A DNA stretch of 64,000 bases from Ramazzottius varieornatus. Lineage: Eukaryota > Animalia > Tardigrada. The notes beneath the pieces are model-generated. The model did not search any database. It had not been told where the DNA came from and worked only from the letters and a program-made list of their open reading frames with translations. Of the stretch, positions 1-11,292 are shown one piece after another. The stretch lies in NCBI GenBank assembly GCA_001949185.1, contig BDGG01000005.1, positions 1,477,249 to 1,541,248 on the forward strand, read 5' to 3'. The stretch's first letter is position 1. Each line of letters opens with the position of its first letter. The position numbers and the translations under genes are program-made.

Positions 1-631
1 TCTCATTCTTTTTTGTCTTCTTTCCCTACCATCCTCAAGGTTGGCATCTTCGGCGAGATCCCAGGTAGTTCGTTTCAGGAACCTTGATGAAAGTAGGAAA
101 ATCGTTCTTTTCGGTCTTTGTGAGTCCAGCAGGGAACAATCGGAAGGCGGTACATGTTCTGAGATGTCCCGGGGTTCGATCCAGTTTTCTGAACTTCCGG
201 TGGTATCCCAGGAGGTCTTTGCATTTCGAGATTTCCGTGGGACCGGTGTCGAACACTGAGAACCGAACAAGATTTTCCCGGATATCGACTCTGCCACAAT
301 CGTTCAGCCAATTGGTTCAGCTATGAATGGGGTCTTGATCAGTACAAAACGTCGCGCTAGAAGATGCTGTATCCGAGAAAGTAACCCGGATTTCTTTCAA
401 CGAAGCTCATGGTGACCTCAAGATTCTTGTATGGTGCCTGCCGGCAGGCAGAACACAGACCCGGATCTGATAAGGGAATCTCCCTCGCACGAGATCTTCT
501 GTTAGATCAGAAGCTCGTCTCGAGATCATTTCTGTGTTTTCTTGTCGAAAGCGTTTCTGTTCTCGCCTCTTAGTCTCTGTTTTATTCCCTCCCCTAATTT
601 TCTGTTACAGTTCCTCGTACTCTGGTCCACC

Positions 632-1766
632 ATGTCTTTTGGAGGAGGAAGTCAAAACGAGAAGGGAGGTATTGGCAAAAGCAAGAAGGCTGGAATCGTC
701 TTCCCTGTTGGCCGCATGCATCGTTACGTGAGTAATTCCACCATTACCACCTGTTTTCTCTGCACCAAGAAGCTTTCCTATGGTCATACATGGTTTTTCT
801 GCTTGCACCTTCCTTTTCTTGCAGATGAAGAAGGGTAATTATGCGGAGAAAATCGGAACTGGGGCTTCCGTTTACGCTGCCGCTGTCATCGAATACCTGG
901 TTGCGGAAGTCTTGGAACTCGCTGGAAATGCTGCACGTGACAACAAAAAGGGCCGTATCACTCCTCGACATCTCATGATGGCCATTCGCAACGATGAAGA
1001 GGTAAGAAGCGATGGTAACTGGTGAAGAAATTTTACTTCCGTTTCCATCGCTTCTCTCTTAAATTCCGCAGCGTGTGACGAACAGGGAGTCTACTGGTGT
1101 TCCAGCCTGGTTCCCTGACGTCATGCGCCACTGCAGACAAGACATGGTTATACTCTACAGCGAATAATGACTCCCTTTGTAATTCTGCTCTTCTTTTTAC
1201 AGCTGAACCGTCTTCTGGGTAGCGTCATTATCTCTCAAGGAGGCGTCATTCCGAACATCGAGGCGGTCCTGCTGAAGAAACACACATCTAGCGGTCCAGC
1301 AGGAGGAAGTCAGCAGTCTCAATCGCTATCGCAGTCGGCGCTGAAAGAGTCGCAGAAGCCAAACAAGCAACGAGTCACGAGCAAGCGTCCAGTCCCTCCT
1401 GCCAAGAAATCTCCAGTCACTAAGGAACCACAAGGTAACAAGACTCGACCGGAAACCGTCAACGAGGCCAGTGAGGAAGAGTCGTCAGATGCAGAGTCGG
1501 AGGAGGGAGGAGAGAACCAAGAAGCGGCTCCCAACAACGCGCAAACCAACGAAACCCAGAACGCGACTCAGAATAACGGAGAGCAGGAAGAAGGAAGCGA
1601 GGAAGAGGAAAGAGAGGCTTCATCTCCTCCGGTTCCTCGAACTACACGAGCATCATCCAAGCCTCCACAGTCGAAGGCTCCACAAGCAAAGCCCCGGGCC
1701 AAGGCTCCTGCTGGAAAAGGCAAACTTCCAGCTCGAGCCACAGCTGCCGAATCTCAAGAAGCCTAG
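632..1766 (+). CDS. Histone H2A variant (H2A.X-like terminal SQE motif) with long disordered C-terminal extension; 3 exons 632-727, 825-1001, 1203-1766; ~278 aa
   Basis: Spliced translation gives the H2A fold ([69 protein letters not shown]). Canonical GT-AG phase-0 introns. Ends ...AAESQEA*. Confidence 0.93.
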
Positions 1767-1951
1767 GTTTGTCTTGTGAGGATCTCCTGATCATTTCAGT
1801 GGGGTAGTGGTGGCTTTCAGTTCTCGGAGACTCTTCTGTCGATGGGAGGTTTCTATTGATGGTTACCGTGTTCGAAGCCCTTTTACGTTTCATTTTCTTG
1901 GCTGATATATTTGAGTCGCTTGTCGTATGGTATTTTTGGTACGATCGACTT

Positions 1952-3139
1952 TCATGTCTTTATTAGGCAAGGATTTTTTCCCGTCTTTGTATGGTTCGAA
2001 AGAGCTCTTTCTGATTTTGTTCGAGAGCTGAACTTGATGGTTTTTAAACGAGTAAAGATTGATTTTGATTGACTGATCGCAAAATCGGACGTTTCTTCAC
2101 AATGTTTCCACAGTTTATTTTTCACGTCGATTAATTCAGAAACACTTTTTACATTTCGCAGCAAACAGGACTCTTGTCTTTCTTTATCAATGGCAACAAG
2201 CGAAGCACTTCGGATGGAAGAATGCAACCGTTCGGAGTGGAGAAGCTGTTCGCGAAGAAGGATAAGTTGTGCGTTCAAATCTTCCACTCGCTGATCAACG
2301 TCCACTTCCGCCGTTCGTGCATGATACTTCCCGACCGACTCCATTAGCTGACGTCTCCACTCTTCCACCTCGACAGTAAGCTCACTTATCTTGTGGTCTT
2401 TTGCAAAAAGGGCTTCTCCGCGTTCCATGATCGTTCTGCGAAGATGATCGTTCTTGGATCGCTGCTTCTCGATTTCCGCACTGGTCTTCTTCATTTCTTC
2501 CTCTAAATTTCGCAGGCTTTCTTCCAGCTGGCGTTTCTCCGCGAAGGACTGCTCCAGACGGTCCCTGAGATCCTCCGCTTGTTTCTTCAGGGTATCATTC
2601 TCAGTTTTTAGCTCGGAAATCAGCTGTTTGTCTTCGTATCCATTTACAGTGACTTGGGCCAACGCTTCGCCTTTCTGTCGTTCCAGGTTCCGTACGACCT
2701 CCCTCAGATTGGCTATTTGATCGTTCTTGGCTTCGAGAACCGGACGGCACATGGCCTGTTGTCGATCTCCTGCTTGACGCAAGGTAACCTCCAGGCTTCG
2801 CACTTGCTCTTTGTAGTTGTCTTTTATCTGGACAATCTCGGCGAACTTATCACTCAGCTCGTCGAAGCGTCGACTCAAAGCATCCGCTCGTTCTCTCTCG
2901 CGGAAAGACTCTTCGCGCACCTCTTCTATGGCTTGTAAGGCTTCTTGCAGCTGCGGGCTTTCAACTGGTCCAGATGGATTGATCTTCCCCCTGTCAGCTC
3001 TTTCCCTCAGCAGAGCGATCAAAGCAGACTGGTCTTTTAATCGTTCTCGCAATTTCTGAAGCTCTTCCAGCTCATCTTCACTGGTGTCTGAACTCTGGTA
3101 GGACACTTCGTTATCTCCACTCTCCATCTGATCTATCAT
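1952..3139 (-). CDS. Intronless coiled-coil protein, CCDC89-like (395 aa)
   Basis: Long heptad-rich ORF. Segments LRERLKDQSALIALLRERAD, RFDELSDKFAEIVQIKDNYK and DKERQESCLLR resemble CCDC89 as recalled; not searched. Confidence 0.6.
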   Translation of the reverse strand: MIDQMESGDNEVSYQSSDTSEDELEELQKLRERLKDQSALIALLRERADRGKINPSGPVESPQLQEALQAIEEVREESFRERERADALSRRFDELSDKFAEIVQIKDNYKEQVRSLEVTLRQAGDRQQAMCRPVLEAKNDQIANLREVVRNLERQKGEALAQVTVNGYEDKQLISELKTENDTLKKQAEDLRDRLEQSFAEKRQLEESLRNLEEEMKKTSAEIEKQRSKNDHLRRTIMERGEALFAKDHKISELTVEVEEWRRQLMESVGKYHARTAEVDVDQRVEDLNAQLILLREQLLHSERLHSSIRSASLVAIDKERQESCLLRNVKSVSELIDVKNKLWKHCEETSDFAISQSKSIFTRLKTIKFSSRTKSERALSNHTKTGKNPCLIKT

Positions 3140-3611
3140 TATTCTTTATGGATACCAGGGATTCTGTCAACAGATTGTCAACAGATCAACAGCAGGTTCA
3201 CCATTTAGAAGTTCTCGTCGCAGTAAGTTATCTATGTTGAAAATGGAACTTTTCTTCCTTTTCCGCCACAGCCACCTTCCGAATTTCGATATGTATCTGT
3301 GCTAAGTGTTTGTTTCTGTAGGAACTCTGCTCGAGGTCTGGAGAAACTTCCCAACCCTACTCTTCATTTCCGGAAGGATGCTTAGTGGAGTGGAAACGAA
3401 CAGGGAAGTAAAACGATATCACTTTCAACTTTTCTGAATCCTACAAGGGTTAAAACTTCCTTGTGGTGAGCAAAACGTTTAGCCTTGAAACGACCAAGAA
3501 TCACCGACACAGGAGATCAAAAGATCATGTCGCAACAAGTCTAAAAGACAATAAAACTTCTGACAAAAGCTAGGATACACAGAAAATATTCGAAAGTGTA
3601 CCAAAACTAAT

Positions 3612-4323
3612 CTAGACAGTTCTTGTCTTGTCCTTGCCTATACCATGAAGCTTGTGGCCAGCCACGTATCCCAGAGCACCACCAGCAACAGCACCGAGAG
3701 GTCCTCCTGCAGCTGCACCAGCGACGGCTCCAGTCAAGGCAACAGTCTTCTTTCCGGGTCCAGATCGCTTGACTCTGCTTTTCTCGCCAGCTTTGTGGGC
3801 TTGGTGCCCAAGAGCGACTCCTGCAGCAGCTTCAGACAAGGTGTGTCCTCCAGCTGCCTTGCCTGCAAGAGGTCCTGTAGCGGCGCCTGTCTTGTTCTCA
3901 GCTCCTTCTCGCTTGACTCGTTGCTCAGTTTGGGCATCGACGACTTTCTGTAGGGTGTTGTTGAGGGTAGCTTGTTGATGGTCGGCTGCTGCTTGTTCCG
4001 TGTCCGCAGCTGAAACGTTGGCTTCTCGTTTCAGGCGTGGATTGGTCTGGGCATCGGCCACCTTCTGTAAAGTGTCGTTGAGGACGGCTTGTTGGTGATC
4101 GGCTGCTGCTTGTTCCGTATCCGCCATGGTGCTGTTCATCTCCGCTGCCACATCTGTCAAGCAAGAAAATTAAGTAAGAACGGCTAGTCAATCACACAAT
4201 CACACGATATGATTCATTTAGCTAAACTTGCTGCTAAAGAACCCGGATGTGAGGAAAGACGGACTTACAGTAGCAAATAAGGTAGAAGGAAAGGGAAGCG
4301 ACGATCACACGAATGGAGGCCAT
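3612..4323 (-). CDS. Secreted multi-peptide precursor with three RxKR sites and C-terminal glycine-zipper peptides; exons 4323-4269 and 4153-3612
   Basis: Exon 1 MASIRVIVASLSFYLICY joins via GTAAGT..GACAG in phase 1 to YVAAEMNST..., giving a signal peptide. Sites RLKR, RVKR, RVKR. Internal duplications are visible in protein and DNA. Confidence 0.8.
3922..4125 (-). repeat. Coding tandem duplication, 117-bp (39-aa) period
   Basis: ADTEQAAADHQQAVLNDTLQKVADAQT vs ADTEQAAADHQQATLNNTLQKVVDAQT; near-identical DNA offset by 117 nt. Confidence 0.85.
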
Positions 4324-5463
4324 CTTGAGCTTGTGAGGGACTTCTGGAATGGCTTAAAAGTTGAGGAATATCAGCCCGGAAAGATCGAAAACCAAGGGGA
4401 CTTCTGGAAAGCAGACAAAAGTATGAACGTGAACTGAGAAAACTCTGGCACGGAAAATCTTAGTTTTAAAGGATTGAATTTATTACCGATCCTATCAATG
4501 TTTTTGGTTCTAGGAGGTGGAACTGGTCATCTTCGTTTCCCGCGGGGGAATGCGATGAGTGGACAGTGATCACGAAGAGGATGTGGCTATGAGCGTTTCT
4601 TGGGGATGTCTGACCATTGTCCAGATTTTTGATTTTAGACCCGGGTTGGGTTATAGTACGATGTACGTATTTCTTTTGAGCGCATCTGCTATACGTGCAC
4701 ATCATTAGGGGGTGCCACCTGACTTGTCGCTTTTGGCGAAATGTTGGAGACCAGCAAACCGCGCAAACGAAACTTATAAGTGGCCCACGTCTTCATTGCC
4801 ATAGGCTGATGCCGTGCGCGATGTATCCAGCAACATTCTTGTACGCTCCTTTGCTGGAATCCCATGTATAACTTCAGTTTTTCGTTTCTTGTTGCCTCAT
4901 TTTCCGGTTTATTCCGTTCTATGTCGAAGGAATGGCCAGCCTCCCCCCTTGCAATTGATTATAGAAGGTGCAGCTTGATCTAGTTCGTAATTATCCCGAT
5001 TTCTCCAGGGATTCAGTGCCGCGTCTTACCACATCGGAAAGACTGGAAACAAGCAGCTTAGATCTTTATGACAATCGTGAAAGCTTGCCAAGACCGCTGA
5101 TTACTTCCTCGTCAATCTCCTTGCCTCTTTTCAGTTTGCTGAGGTGAGTAGTGGATGAACGGAGCTCAAGAGCTCGGGTAGGCGGATCTAAGGGTTCTTC
5201 CGGAAGGTGTTCAATGCGAGACGATCGCAAAGGGCACGATTTCCTGGGATCGATGTGGACATAGACAAGCTAAAGCGTAGGGCGTAGCGTTCGCCAAGCC
5301 GATAAAATATTCTGCTGCATAACCCCGAGTCTCTGTTTTCGGGGTTCGCCACTTCGCACGCTACCTACTTGGGTCCTCCGTAATTGTTTTACGGTTTCCC
5401 ATTCTCTCCGGCTTTATTTGATTGCTGTTGACAAGTCCGGTAGCCTATTCAATCAGTTGAACA

Positions 5464-5495
5464 TATAAGGGCGTATCTGTCAAGGCTTCCAGTTC
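5464..5495 (+). promoter_or_regulatory. Candidate TATA + Inr core promoter of the neuropeptide gene, followed by a 5'UTR intron (donor CAG|GTAAGA ~5556, acceptor TTTTCTAG ~5739)
   Basis: TATAAGGG at 5464; CCAGTT initiator-like motif ~27 nt downstream; splice signals lie before ATG 5752. Confidence 0.4.
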
Positions 5496-5751
5496 ACAGA
5501 TCCGTGACAGGAGAAATTGAGACAATTTTCACGTTCGGCAGGAAAGCCCAACCAGGTAAGACGGCAGCGTAGCTCCACGTACTCGCTGAAAAACCGCTTC
5601 TCGCGACCTTATTTTTTTCCGGCCTCATCACATCCAGAAAGCTCCCTGGGAAAACAGATTTCATGATTTTATGCTACCTGGGCTGATTTTCTGGAGCTGG
5701 ATCTATTTGAATCGAAATTTGAATTGGCCGGTTTTCTAGTGAACTTCTAAG

Positions 5752-6174
5752 ATGGGCATTCCGAAACCAGTTTCCGCCCGCCTGCTCTTCGTCGTATCGG
5801 GGATAATTTTCCTGGGTTTCATCTCTACAGCCCATGGACAAAAGTTTCAGTACAGTAAAGGATGGATGCCAGGCGGAAAGCGTTCTGGCATGCTGGAAAA
5901 CTTTTTATCGGCGGACGAACCAATTCCTGCTCATCCGGCGGAAACCGAAGGGGTGACCTCGTTAGCAAACGACCAACCGACACCGAGCACCGATGATGAC
6001 CTTCTCGCGCCTACCGCCAGCGCTTCCTTGGGTAAACGCTACCCGTTCCACTACTACCGAATCGGAAAACGAGGAGATCTGGTACCCGCGAGATACCGAG
6101 CTCCCGGGCTAGCCCGTGCGATGAAATTGCTGCCTCGGCTTGGGGTCAGCACTTCTTCACGCCGTCTCTATTGA
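5752..6174 (+). CDS. Corazonin/GnRH/AKH-superfamily neuropeptide precursor (140 aa)
   Basis: Signal peptide ending TAHG is directly followed by QKFQYSKGWMPG-GKR (compare corazonin pQTFQYSRGWTNamide). A second KR-YPFHYYRI-GKR lies downstream. Confidence 0.88.
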   Translation: MGIPKPVSARLLFVVSGIIFLGFISTAHGQKFQYSKGWMPGGKRSGMLENFLSADEPIPAHPAETEGVTSLANDQPTPSTDDDLLAPTASASLGKRYPFHYYRIGKRGDLVPARYRAPGLARAMKLLPRLGVSTSSRRLY

Positions 6175-6594
6175 ATTGGAGAAACTTCGGTACACCCTTT
6201 TTATGTAATATTTTAAAATCCTCATATGTCGTAGTCCAGTTTTCCTACGTGTAACAGAGCAATGGGCGTTTGTGTTGAAAGAGCAAAATAACAATTGTTT
6301 ATCTTCTCATTGGACGCGTGCTGTATCTCACCGCTACATCGATATCCTTCTGTAGAACGGATATACTAAGCAATGTATTTCAAAATATACTCGTAAAATG
6401 GTTCAAGTGCCATGCTCGCTTTATGAAAGCAGTAAAAGCACAAAGTAAAGCAGGAGGTCGGCACATGAAACGAACAAGATCGCCTGGTGACGGCGCCACT
6501 CTGAAGATCGATCTATCGATCTTAAGTGCTGCGTTTGCCGGCTCCCTTGTGATAGGTGGAATTAGTAAAGTCGTAAGAAACTTTCACGTTAGCA

Positions 6595-7531
6595 TTAAGC
6601 GGCAACCTTGGTTGTCGTTGTCTTGGCACCTATTGGTACCACCGAAGCATTACATATCGACTTGTTGATGAGGAAGATCCGATAGCGAAAGGTGAGTCTG
6701 ATGGAATTTGGCGAACCAGGATGGAACTTGGGCGTGCAGTCTGCAACGGCGGACCACTGAGCACTTCCTTCATCCGCGTACGGCGATCGGTTGACGGCGC
6801 ACTCCCATTTATTAATCAGGTCGTTTGAAGTTGCCGGATCGTAATCCTCGCAGAAAACCCGTAACACCGCTTCCTATAGAAGAGAAGGGGACTTCGAACG
6901 GTCATTGCTAAGCATACTACAACATAACAAATTCTTTTATCTCGTTTCGTTCCTAGTGAACAGTTCAGACGTACACGGTAAGGCTTGGCGCAACTGTCCC
7001 TAGTGATGGTCTTGTTTATGTAAGGGCTATCCACATCATCGATTTTCAGGATTTCCTGCCAGAAGTTAGTGGCTACGGCTCCCGGCCATTCTGCGTTGGG
7101 TCGATCCCTACAAGCAAAATATGTAGACTCATAATACCTCATTAAAACATCTTACGTCCGCGTTGGCCGTGAAATAGGAATTAAGCGACGGTTTCAAGCG
7201 GCCTTACGTGTCCAGATGAGCGTAACAAAGAGGATCACAGTGTTGGAGTGTATCGCAATAAGAGTTCACTGCCGTCAGCCCTTTGTCGTTAATCAGTCGG
7301 ATTACTTCCGCCTGTATTCTGACGTACATCTCGTTGGGATCCACTCGCAGCCCCGATCCATGACGTCTTGTGGTCTGTCCAGGTAACCTTTCTGCTCTTC
7401 CACCCACCACCATCTGCAAACGGTTGGTTAACAATCACTGGAAAGCGGTTATTGTGAGGAAAACAGGTGCAGACTATATCAACATTCAAAAGGCTTACCG
7501 CAAGAGCACAGTATATCAGCAATTCCCACAT
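6595..7531 (-). CDS. Secreted cysteine-rich protein of unknown family (about 4 exons)
   Basis: MWELLIYCALA|GTAAGC..TTTGCAG|MVVGGRA signal peptide. Consecutive Cys-rich ORFs (YCDTLQHCDPLC, FACRDR, SCAKPYRVRLNC, FCEDY, WECAVN) are linked by plausible introns. Internal junctions approximate. Confidence 0.65.
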
Positions 7532-8139
7532 CTCGAACAAATTATAATGTGGTATACTGCAGGAAGCGAACCATAGAATACTGTATGACCGGTTTCGCTG
7601 GACAATACGAAAGCTACGGTAAGGAAGAACCAGGCACCAACTACTCCAAAGCCAGCTTGATCGTGAAGTCGCAACGCGAAATTTCCACTATAAGATACTT
7701 TCGTCCAAAGCTAGAGATTAAAGGAAATCGATGGCCAGTTCTGCATATGTATTGCTAATTGAGCCTAGAAGGAGTCACGCCTGAGTCGACTGAGCGATAT
7801 GATCTTCCATGGTCGAATAAAGCTGGAAGCCTTCGAAACCGGAGCACGCCTTTATGAACTGAGCTTTGGACCCACTATCTTGATCCTCTTCCGAAGACAG
7901 CCTTTTCTGTGTGGTCTAGCTCAGTGTTTATGCGGAATTTGCATTGTTTTAGCCCAAAGAGCCATCGTAGCCATCAAGTTGAATGCACAATGTAATGACC
8001 GGACAATATCAAATTGTCGCATTCTAACCATGCCGTGGTTGTATCAAGTTTCGACGACGGAATAATATGCATGGAATAAAGTCGAAAACCTCGACCTCGG
8101 AGACCCACAGGCAAGCGGGTTCTCCAGCATTAACTATAT

Positions 8140-9518
8140 TCATTGGGGTGGGTACATCAGGTTAATCTTGTTGATGTCCACCTCGCTCATGTTCTGCGCC
8201 TTTCCAATTTCAATGTCTTCCCATAGTGGCTTGGGTCGGATAGTCCAAATTGACCTGTTGATGGCGAAGTCATACATGCCATAATGCATCAGCGAGCTAT
8301 GGTCGTACGGTTGTCCATAAGCAGTTATGACGCTACTGTCATATTTTTCGAAGTTGTGCTGTTGATCTACGAATGAAAATGAGAAAGTTCAGTTCGCGCG
8401 AAACTGATATTGATGACTTTCTTTTTACGAAGTTTCCCCTTACGTTTTTCGATGTTGTCCCAATTGATATCAACGTACTCGTCCCGATCTGTTCGTGATT
8501 GCTCGTGAAAGAATCCTACAATGGCAATAGCGTATTCTTCGGAATCTGTCGCGCCATTTGTACGGTTCCGAAACCATCTCAATAACTGGCTCCCTCTTTG
8601 TACGCTTACCAATAGCATGGATGAGTTCGTGCATAATTGTCCCGTGATGAACGCAATCTGCAAAATACAGTGGACGAAGTCGTGGAAGTTGACCCGGGAA
8701 ACATCTTTGCACGAGTTCTTGTTGAGCTCTGGACTTTGAGCAAAACTTACGCGGAGCGGTTGGGTATGCCGGAACTTCGAGGTTAAGAAACTGACGTTCT
8801 CCGATTTGCCCCACGTAGCTCCAACACCTAAAGAATAGTCAGTTCTTCCTGATACCCGATACGCGACGATGTCCAGCAGATTTTTCTTGCCCGGTATTCG
8901 GTCCTCCGCGCTGAATATGGACGTAGTTTCTTTGCACGGTGGCGTCCGTTCTTTCCACCAAGCGAAGTCCGGTTGTATGGTTGTTGATATCCTCGATCGC
9001 TCTATGGATTCTTTCACGTTCCCAGTCAACTACAACATGACATAGAAATTATGTTTGCTGGCGTAGGTAATATGAAGCCTGGAGTAGGTAATATGAAGGC
9101 TTACTAAATCTGATGGAAATGGTGTAATACAGGATCTTGTTTTCCCATTTGAAACTGTAATATCCGTTCCTGTCAACTCCCGATGAAAGTGCTTCAATCT
9201 ATACAAAAAGACAACTATTTGCCATGTGGAAGGGTATTTCATGAGAAAAGGGGCCTCACTTACAGCTTCCTTCGCTGTCCGATACTTCCCGAAGCCCGCG
9301 ATGTCTCCCTCAAGGAGCTCCGGCTTCTCAAAATTGTCATACTGCTCTGAAAAGGCTGAAGGATGGACAGAGAGTAAACTAAGAAATGTCTTTACTTGAA
9401 TTATGGAAAAGCAAACCGCCTTACCAGGATCTATAGCAAAGGCAGGAGCTCCGGTGGTCCTTTGAACGAACGCAATGGCAGCCACCAGCGTAGCCAAAAG
9501 ACATACAAACTGCCCCAT
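8140..9518 (-). CDS. Astacin (M12A) zinc metalloprotease 1, secreted, multi-exon
   Basis: Signal MGQFVCLL...; propeptide LLEGDI; HELIHAIGFFHEQSRTDRD zinc motif split by an intron; Met-turn SLMHY; ends NLMYPPQ*. Confidence 0.9.
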
Positions 9519-9888
9519 TATCAATGACCGCCCCGAAACTCTAGTCAAAAACTGCAGTGCTACAGCTAGGAGCTCCCGCTCCCGTGACGTTCTGTGCGTT
9601 GTGAGAACATCGCCAGCATCGCGCACTACAGTACGCTACTGCTGCAAGTTCGGGAGATACGACTTGTAGTCTCGATAACATTCATGCAGTTTATCAAATT
9701 TTGCTACAGTGATTTGCAAATCAAGTTCAAAGATGCTTTAGTGTATAACATAGGGCAGTCGTATCACTATAATATGTGCAACAACCTTGTAACGAACCTT
9801 TGTCACATGAAATTCGATAAAATTCGTTCAATGTGTTATTACTACGCAAAAGCTTGCTGTTTTTCGTACCTGGTACGCCGAAAAGGTC

Positions 9889-10793
9889 CTACAACGGAGT
9901 ATCAGGGCGCGTCTCGAGGAAATCTTTGATACCATCCAGGTTGTGAACCCGTTCGCAGAGACCTTTCAGGAGCGGGTGTTGCTCCAGAAGATCCGACTTG
10001 AGCCGCAAAGTTTCGTCCATCAACTATACAGACAAAAGCAAGTAGAATAACTCGGTTTCCCATCTCACCAAAACCATTACATCGAAATATTTTCATAGTA
10101 CAGCACAAACCTGAACTACCACGAAGTCCACCCACGATGGCTTATTTCCCACCAGGAATTCTCCGCCTGACTGCAACTGGTTGTTCTGCAGCGTCTTCTC
10201 GTACTTTTCCAGGAATGGCTTGATGGTGGTTTCCGTAATCTCGTCCGCAATTTGCTGTGCTTTCTTCTCATCCTTGGCCATCATGGCACCAGCATATGGC
10301 CGAAGCACTGTGTTCGCTTCTACAGAAAGCACAAAAGCCAATCATAATCCTACCAGTTCAAAATTTCTACTGATTTCAGTACGAAGAAAACTACCGCCGA
10401 CAATCGCGACGTTAGCGATAAAACCCAGAGGTATGATACCTGCCGCATAGTCCGCAAGAGCGTCAATCTCACCTGCCTCCCATTCATCAGCCCCAGCGAG
10501 TCCGTACTGGAAAGGAACCAGACTGTCTACTTCTGGGTGAGAAGTACCGCATAACCTTAACATACCTGCGTTGCCAGATACCGCATTATGGCATATGCCT
10601 GTGCAAGCGGAGTTTGCCCCTCGATCTCTATATAGGGTAGTTGGCCGAAGGGTGGAATGGACTTAACTGCTGGCCATTCCGAGAACTCGATACGGTGGTC
10701 AGTCCAGTCCTCGCCACTGTACGCCAGAATCCACCGAATGGGTTCTGCGCGACCTCGTAGGTTGAAGTAATGAAGGGTGACTTTGGGAGCCAT
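9889..10793 (-). CDS. Glutathione S-transferase, sigma class, copy 1 (4 exons)
   Basis: MAPKVTLHYFNLRGRAEPIR, PFGQLP, FLVGNKPSWVDF; last exon LMDETLRLKS...ETRPDTPL*. Confidence 0.92.
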
Positions 10794-11292
10794 TCCGCAC
10801 GATCCGATCGATTTCTACCTGAAAGAAAAGCTGGATCAACAACGAGGAACCGAAACGGAAATTAGTAATGCGAACATGTACTTGCCACTGAAAGGTGTTA
10901 CGCGTGAGATGCTGCCATCCGGCGCGCGCAGCAATCAATAATGTGTTTTCCAGCCGAGGCAATCAAAAATACGGATTGATAACTGTAAAAGCTTTCAGTT
11001 TCTGGAAAACCCAGGGAACGCGACACACCGATCACTCTATTTCTTTTGCATGGATTCTCTTTTTGATAGTGCATATTTTCGACGCTGGAATTAGCACTAC
11101 AGCACAGGTGGTACTAAGGTCCATAGAGGGCGCCCCTAGTGCTATCGAAACTACCAAGCTGAACTCGGCTAGGGCGGTCCCACGGACTTTCACCTCCCCA
11201 ATAATATGCATAACTTTCGGATACGCATCAGAGAATACTCTCGCAACGTAAAAGGAAAGCTGGCTTTGTATATGCCAGACTATCTCATAAGT

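Noticed and set aside
35-430. Short overlapping ORFs at the window start
   Set aside because: No recognisable domain and no consistent exon chain; cannot be called without flanking sequence.
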